Below, in pieces: positions 59,701 to 64,000 of a stretch of 64,000 nucleotides of DNA. The stretch is from Lingula anatina. Taxonomy: Eukaryota > Animalia > Brachiopoda. The notes under the pieces were generated by a model. It made no database searches. It was not told where the DNA came from and saw nothing but the letters and a program-made list of their open reading frames with translations. The translations under genes were made by a program, and so were the position numbers. Numbering within the stretch: the first letter of the stretch is position 1; the number at the start of each line of letters is the position of its first letter. The stretch spans positions 58,692,788 through 58,756,787 of the forward strand of contig CM120640.1 in NCBI GenBank assembly GCA_051362555.1, in the 5' to 3' direction.

Positions 59701-61277
59701 GCATTGGAAACACACTTGCACGTGTTGCGAAAAATTGTCTATTTCTCAAACACATTTCTCCATTGGGATTTCACTGATATTTGCTGTGATTGCTCCCCAC
59801 AGTTCACCAATCATATGAGGGTTGTTCTGGTACACTTTATCTTTGAGATACCCCACAGAAAATAATCTGGGGGAGGTTCAAGTCCAGTGAATGCCGTGCT
59901 CACTCAATATCACACTTCCTGCTGATCAGTCTCTCCTAAAATCGCTATGTGGCAGTGCTGAGGAAGTTTTGGACATCACTGGAACGATTTAGAGGGATAG
60001 ATCAAGATGGACAGTGTTTCCAGCAAGATTGGGCCACTCCCACACATCAGATGACTCCCTAGCCTGAGAGAGCGATTTCAGTAGCAAAATTTGATGGACC
60101 TTTGTAGGTTTTATTAAAATTTTTATGGGTTCTGTTTTTTTGGGGGGGTCACCCTGTTAACTGTTTTAGTAGTCCTCATCGTTAATTTATATTCATGTCA
60201 AGAACTCCCTAAGGTAATGAATAATATTATTAATCTATATCAATTTTTTAAAATGAGGAAAAATAAAAAGCACCGAATCTTACCTCTGTATGTCAGCACC
60301 CAGATCACTTGCCATCACAGTCTGAGAAGTAATCAACAGTCTCCCAGGAAGTGAAATAATACATTTTCCAGACGGGATACTGTTCAAGGTCAGCAAACCT
60401 CTTCCAGTATCTAAAAAAATGAATAAATGAATTTTAAAAAAAATCTGTTAGCCAAATCTCAATGAAAACCTGACATTCAAAAAAACTTGAATTACACTCA
60501 TATAGTTGCTATGTATCTCATTATGGATAATCAGACCTTCAACAGCTTAAACAGCAGAATTTCAAATATGATAAAAGGTGGAGTTTAACATATAAAACAA
60601 GGCAGTAATTAAAGCTGTTAATGGAAGGACATACCAAACGCAAACATGATAGAAGCATTGACATCAAACCTGTCTAAAAATACTGAATAGTGTACAAAAT
60701 ATGTTTTTAAAAATAAATTTTGTACAATATTGCATAATGATTTAAGGCATGATCACCGACATTTTTTATAATGTACTACTGTTACTGTGGATAACAGGAA
60801 ATGCATCAGGCACAGGACATCAGACCCTTGGGAATCGAAATTCTCACCTTGAAAATGCCAATATAAAAATCTTCATAACTTCTGAGAAAAAAATCCAATC
60901 AGAATGGTTTTGGAATGTTCTTAAGAATGAATCCTGTAAGTCTATGTTGCATCTGTCCATTAAATTTGACACTTAAGTTCTGCCAGCACATGAATCCTTT
61001 CAACCTGCCATTTCACCGAAAAAGTAAAATGGCCTGGTTTTTTCAGTCTGAGATTCTATCAAAAAATGTCAAGACATGGGTATTTTAAAATTTTTTATTC
61101 GGCAAAAAAGCATTAAATATAAAACTACCTACCATGAAATTCAGCTGGCTGAAGTTTCCTACACCTAAAACCGTTACTTTTTAACCACTTAAACAGTAAT
61201 ACATAATTTAAACTAACAGAGTGTTTTGATGCAGGCCTCTGTTTCTTCATATTTCTTTGTCTCCAAGTTCGGCCCAT
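56719..61277 (-). CDS. SETD4: SET domain-containing protein 4, 8 coding exons, 421 aa
   Basis: Exons 61133-61277, 60284-60410, 59009-59435, 58534-58708, 58045-58129, 57792-57872, 57294-57402, 56719-56835; sum 1266 nt. Motifs MGRTWRQR, DTGRGL, FRWAWCVVNTRSVY, LAPYLDLLNHS, VYINYGPHNNTRLLVEYGF, DGLSWNL. Confidence 0.93.
59496..60156 (-). mobile_element. Decayed, internally deleted and rearranged Tc1/mariner transposon (probably DD41D/rosa-like) in a SETD4 intron
   Basis: Long TIRs TA|GAGGGTG…ccataaaatttttaataaatcctataaaggtccatcaaattt / aaatttgatggacctttgtaggttttattaaaatttttatgg…CACCCTG. Minus-strand remnant RLISRKCDIE*ARHSLDLN..DYFLWGYLKDKVYQNNP…GSHFEHIF; plus-strand remnant RYVAVLRKFW…FQQD.AT. 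Confidence 0.88.
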
Positions 61278-61787
61278 AACTTCAGTAGATCTGTAAAAAA
61301 TGCATGGCTTATCTATAGAAGATTAATAGATAAATTCCTCTTGAAGTATATGACAAAATTTAATATCTGACCTACATGTCTTTGTGCCAGATTATTTTTC
61401 CTTTTAGAATTATAAAATATAATTAAAATAAATAAATAAATAAAAAGAAATGAAAATATAATCTTTCTGAGTATTTTATTTTATTTATTTATTTATTTTT
61501 TGAGGGGGGTATTTTGTATTCATTTCATTGTTTTCCCCTTTGCACAATTTCATAATTAATCTGAATTAAATAAAGGTCAGAAAAATAGTCATGGTACAAT
61601 GTAGTTTCATAATTATAAGTAATACAAAGGAGTTGGTTGAGCAGCTTTACATGCAAGTGAGGCAATGTATCAGAATACTGGTGCAACTTTCATTTTAAAA
61701 TTTGGGCTCCGACTCCAAGTGAAGTGTGAACAGTGTAAAATGTAGAACAGCACATTAGCACAAGTTCCACAACATGTCCAAACCTAC

Positions 61788-62084
61788 CTGTCACAAACTG
61801 AACTACGCATGTATTGCAAGTTTAGTTTCAATGACGAATTGTATAATCATAGACAATCTGTCATAAAGTCATACAATAGGCAATCTGCCAAATAATTCTT
61901 TTGAATAAGTATTTAAAATATAAAACGCATGCTATTAACTCTTAAAAGTTATTTTGTGTATTTTAAAAATGTAAAACTTATATTTACCAAGATTTTATAT
62001 GACGAGAACTCTCCATATTTTAACCTCGCTTGTGATACCACAGAAGCCCATGTACACTCATGTCGAGGCCTGCGTATAATCCTT
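61788..62084. promoter_or_regulatory. Bidirectional promoter region SETD4/MORC, including a probable non-coding first exon of SETD4
   Basis: Minus-strand donor CAG|GTAGGT at 61787 pairs with the acceptor at 61291 just upstream of the SETD4 ATG. The MORC ATG is ~300 bp away, and CpG is locally enriched. Confidence 0.6.
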
Positions 62085-64000
62085 ATGGAGGGAATCGCGA
62101 TGGAGAACGGGGTTCGTCTATCAAAGGTAAATGTTGCGTTTTCCTTTCACACAATGTATGCATGAATTTTGTTTGCAAGAAAATACACTGGTTATTAACA
62201 TTTTAAAAAAGGACAATTTTAAACCAAGAAGAATGAAATAAATTCGGATATCGAGGAAATAATGAACAAAAATGAACACCCTGTTGTAATTTCAATCAAT
62301 ATAGAAGTAGTTAGAAATAGTAGTAGTAAACATTGTGTCAATCATTATCTAATTTATTCTGTCGGTGAATAGCTACTCAGGAAATGTTTGTACTTTCATT
62401 CTTTCCGACATTAAATAAACTTTATTTTATTGTATTGTATTGTAACATTGCTACTACATGTACTAGCTGTCAAGACTCAAGTGTCATCTTGTTTGGTTGT
62501 CTTCACCAAATCTGTGCATCGATGGTGCATAGTCATATCAGCATAGTTTCAAGCAGGACATTATCATGACGACGTTCTCTTTAGAGTCTAGCAGGTTCTT
62601 TTAGTATATATTGTATATAAAATATACAATATATCCAAAGCCATTTATATGCATGTGATACTGGTAAATAGCAAAAAAACTACTTATTTTTCCCAATATA
62701 GATTTTATAAGTGATATTACCCCTCAAATGTAAGTGCTTGATGTTGATATTTCCTTGTGAAATATGAGGAAGACATGATTCATTTAGAAACAAGACATAA
62801 TATTTGTAATGGTGAGAGCGTTGAATCCAAGTGCTCAGATTTATCAGAAGGAGAAAATTGTTTATTTTTCTCAAAGAAAAATACATTTGGTGCAAAAATC
62901 ATCCATAGAATACCTTTAATACATGTATTACGGTGATGGCATGAAATTAAACCTGTAAATAATTGATAATCCTCTTTTTGTTTATTCATTTGATAAGGTA
63001 TCTTATTCCTAAATATAAAGTCTAATCAAGTTTTTTTGTGACAAAATAATGATAGGGTTGTGATTGATGATGAATTCATGACTTTATATGTAGTATATTT
63101 ACCCCCTCCCCCCCACATCAATACTTCTCTACATGATAGATTCACCCTGGTAAAAACGTGACATTCAACACCTTTTTCAGAATAACCTTTCTGGGACCCA
63201 AAAGTGCCAAAAAGATTTCAATTATCATTATAAAACAACTCAGCAGATAGGACCTAAGATCAATTTTTAATTTTATTTTGATGAGAGGGAGTAATGGTGG
63301 GCATGGGGAAGTATAATGAAAGAAGTGCCCATTGGTGCATGTGATATCATAATTTTACTAGAGGAAGTAATGATGTGGGGAATGATGATGTGGTGGGGCA
63401 AAGATGTGACCCTGTTCAATATATCATATTTAAAACAGCTTCACATCATATGATTTGGGGGGATAAACAATAAGATAAACCTATGCCAATTCCATTTTGT
63501 TCATTGTTTCAGACAAGCCCAAGTTTTTTACATGCAAACTCCACAAGCCACACCTGGATATTTTCAGCTATAGCTGAGCTTATAGGTACACTGAATAAGA
63601 GAATTAATGCAAAATTATTTACTGTAATACAGTCACAATGTTTGAATAAAGTTTACTTGTGTGTTTTGTGTGTCAAATCCATTTTAAAATAGAAAGTTGC
63701 TGATTTGAAAAACAGTATAAGTGCCATCTAATATGTTTGTTGTGTGGAGTCTTATTTAAGCTGCCAAAGAAAATCGGAAGCAAAAGATTACATTGGTTTT
63801 CAATGCCATAAGTTTAGAATTGCAACATGTAATTAAAATCCCCCATGAAATGAATTTGTCATCTTCTATTCGTAGATAATGCTTATGATCCAGACTGCAA
63901 TGCCTCACAGTTGCGGATAGACAAGAGAATAATAAGCCAAAAAGACTGCCTCATTTTTACTGACAATGGAAATGGCATGAATCCTGACAAATTACACAAA
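62085..64000 (+). CDS. MORC3: MORC family GHKL ATPase (MORC3/MORC4-like), first three exons, runs off the window
   Basis: Exons 62085 (or 62100)-62126, 63513-63585, 63876-64000+: [50 protein letters not shown]…[18 protein letters not shown] (GHKL motif I, AELIDNA). Confidence 0.9.

Noticed and set aside
1-64000. tRNA, rRNA or intronic snoRNA genes
   Set aside because: No cloverleaf, A/B-box or convincing C/D-box pair was recognised by eye; an Infernal/tRNAscan search would be needed to exclude them.

Overview
AT-rich, intron-rich metazoan DNA from an invertebrate (lophotrochozoan/mollusc-like repeats; species not determinable). Splicing exons by hand gives eight genes. (1) A two-exon FMRFamide/peptide-receptor-like class A GPCR (-). 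(2) The terminal exon of WDR77/MEP50 (+); the GPCR appears to sit antisense in its >17 kb last intron. (3) Complete 22-exon SND1/Tudor-SN (-, 898 aa). (4) TMEM216 (+, 148 aa), head-to-head with SND1, which needs a 17-nt microexon followed by a U12-type intron. (5) An intronless dual-specificity-phosphatase-like gene (-) with Ser at the catalytic Cys position and a perfect RFX X-box upstream. (6) An angiopoietin-like fibrinogen-domain gene (+, 331 aa). (7) SETD4 (-, 421 aa). (8) The first three exons of MORC3/4 (+), head-to-head with SETD4. Introns and intergenic DNA hold several TWA-flanked PIF/Harbinger-type MITEs (two nested with visible empty sites, one tandem dimer), a hAT-like MITE with a 5-bp TSD, a decayed Tc1/mariner (probably DD41D) element with an internal inversion, Helentron-like repeats and foldback palindromes. 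I see no prokaryote-type system such as CRISPR and no clearly new multi-gene system. The best leads are the pseudophosphatase with X-box, the microexon plus minor intron, the variable-terminus MITEs, the nested GPCR and a templated-insertion scar. All identifications come from motif recognition, not database searches.
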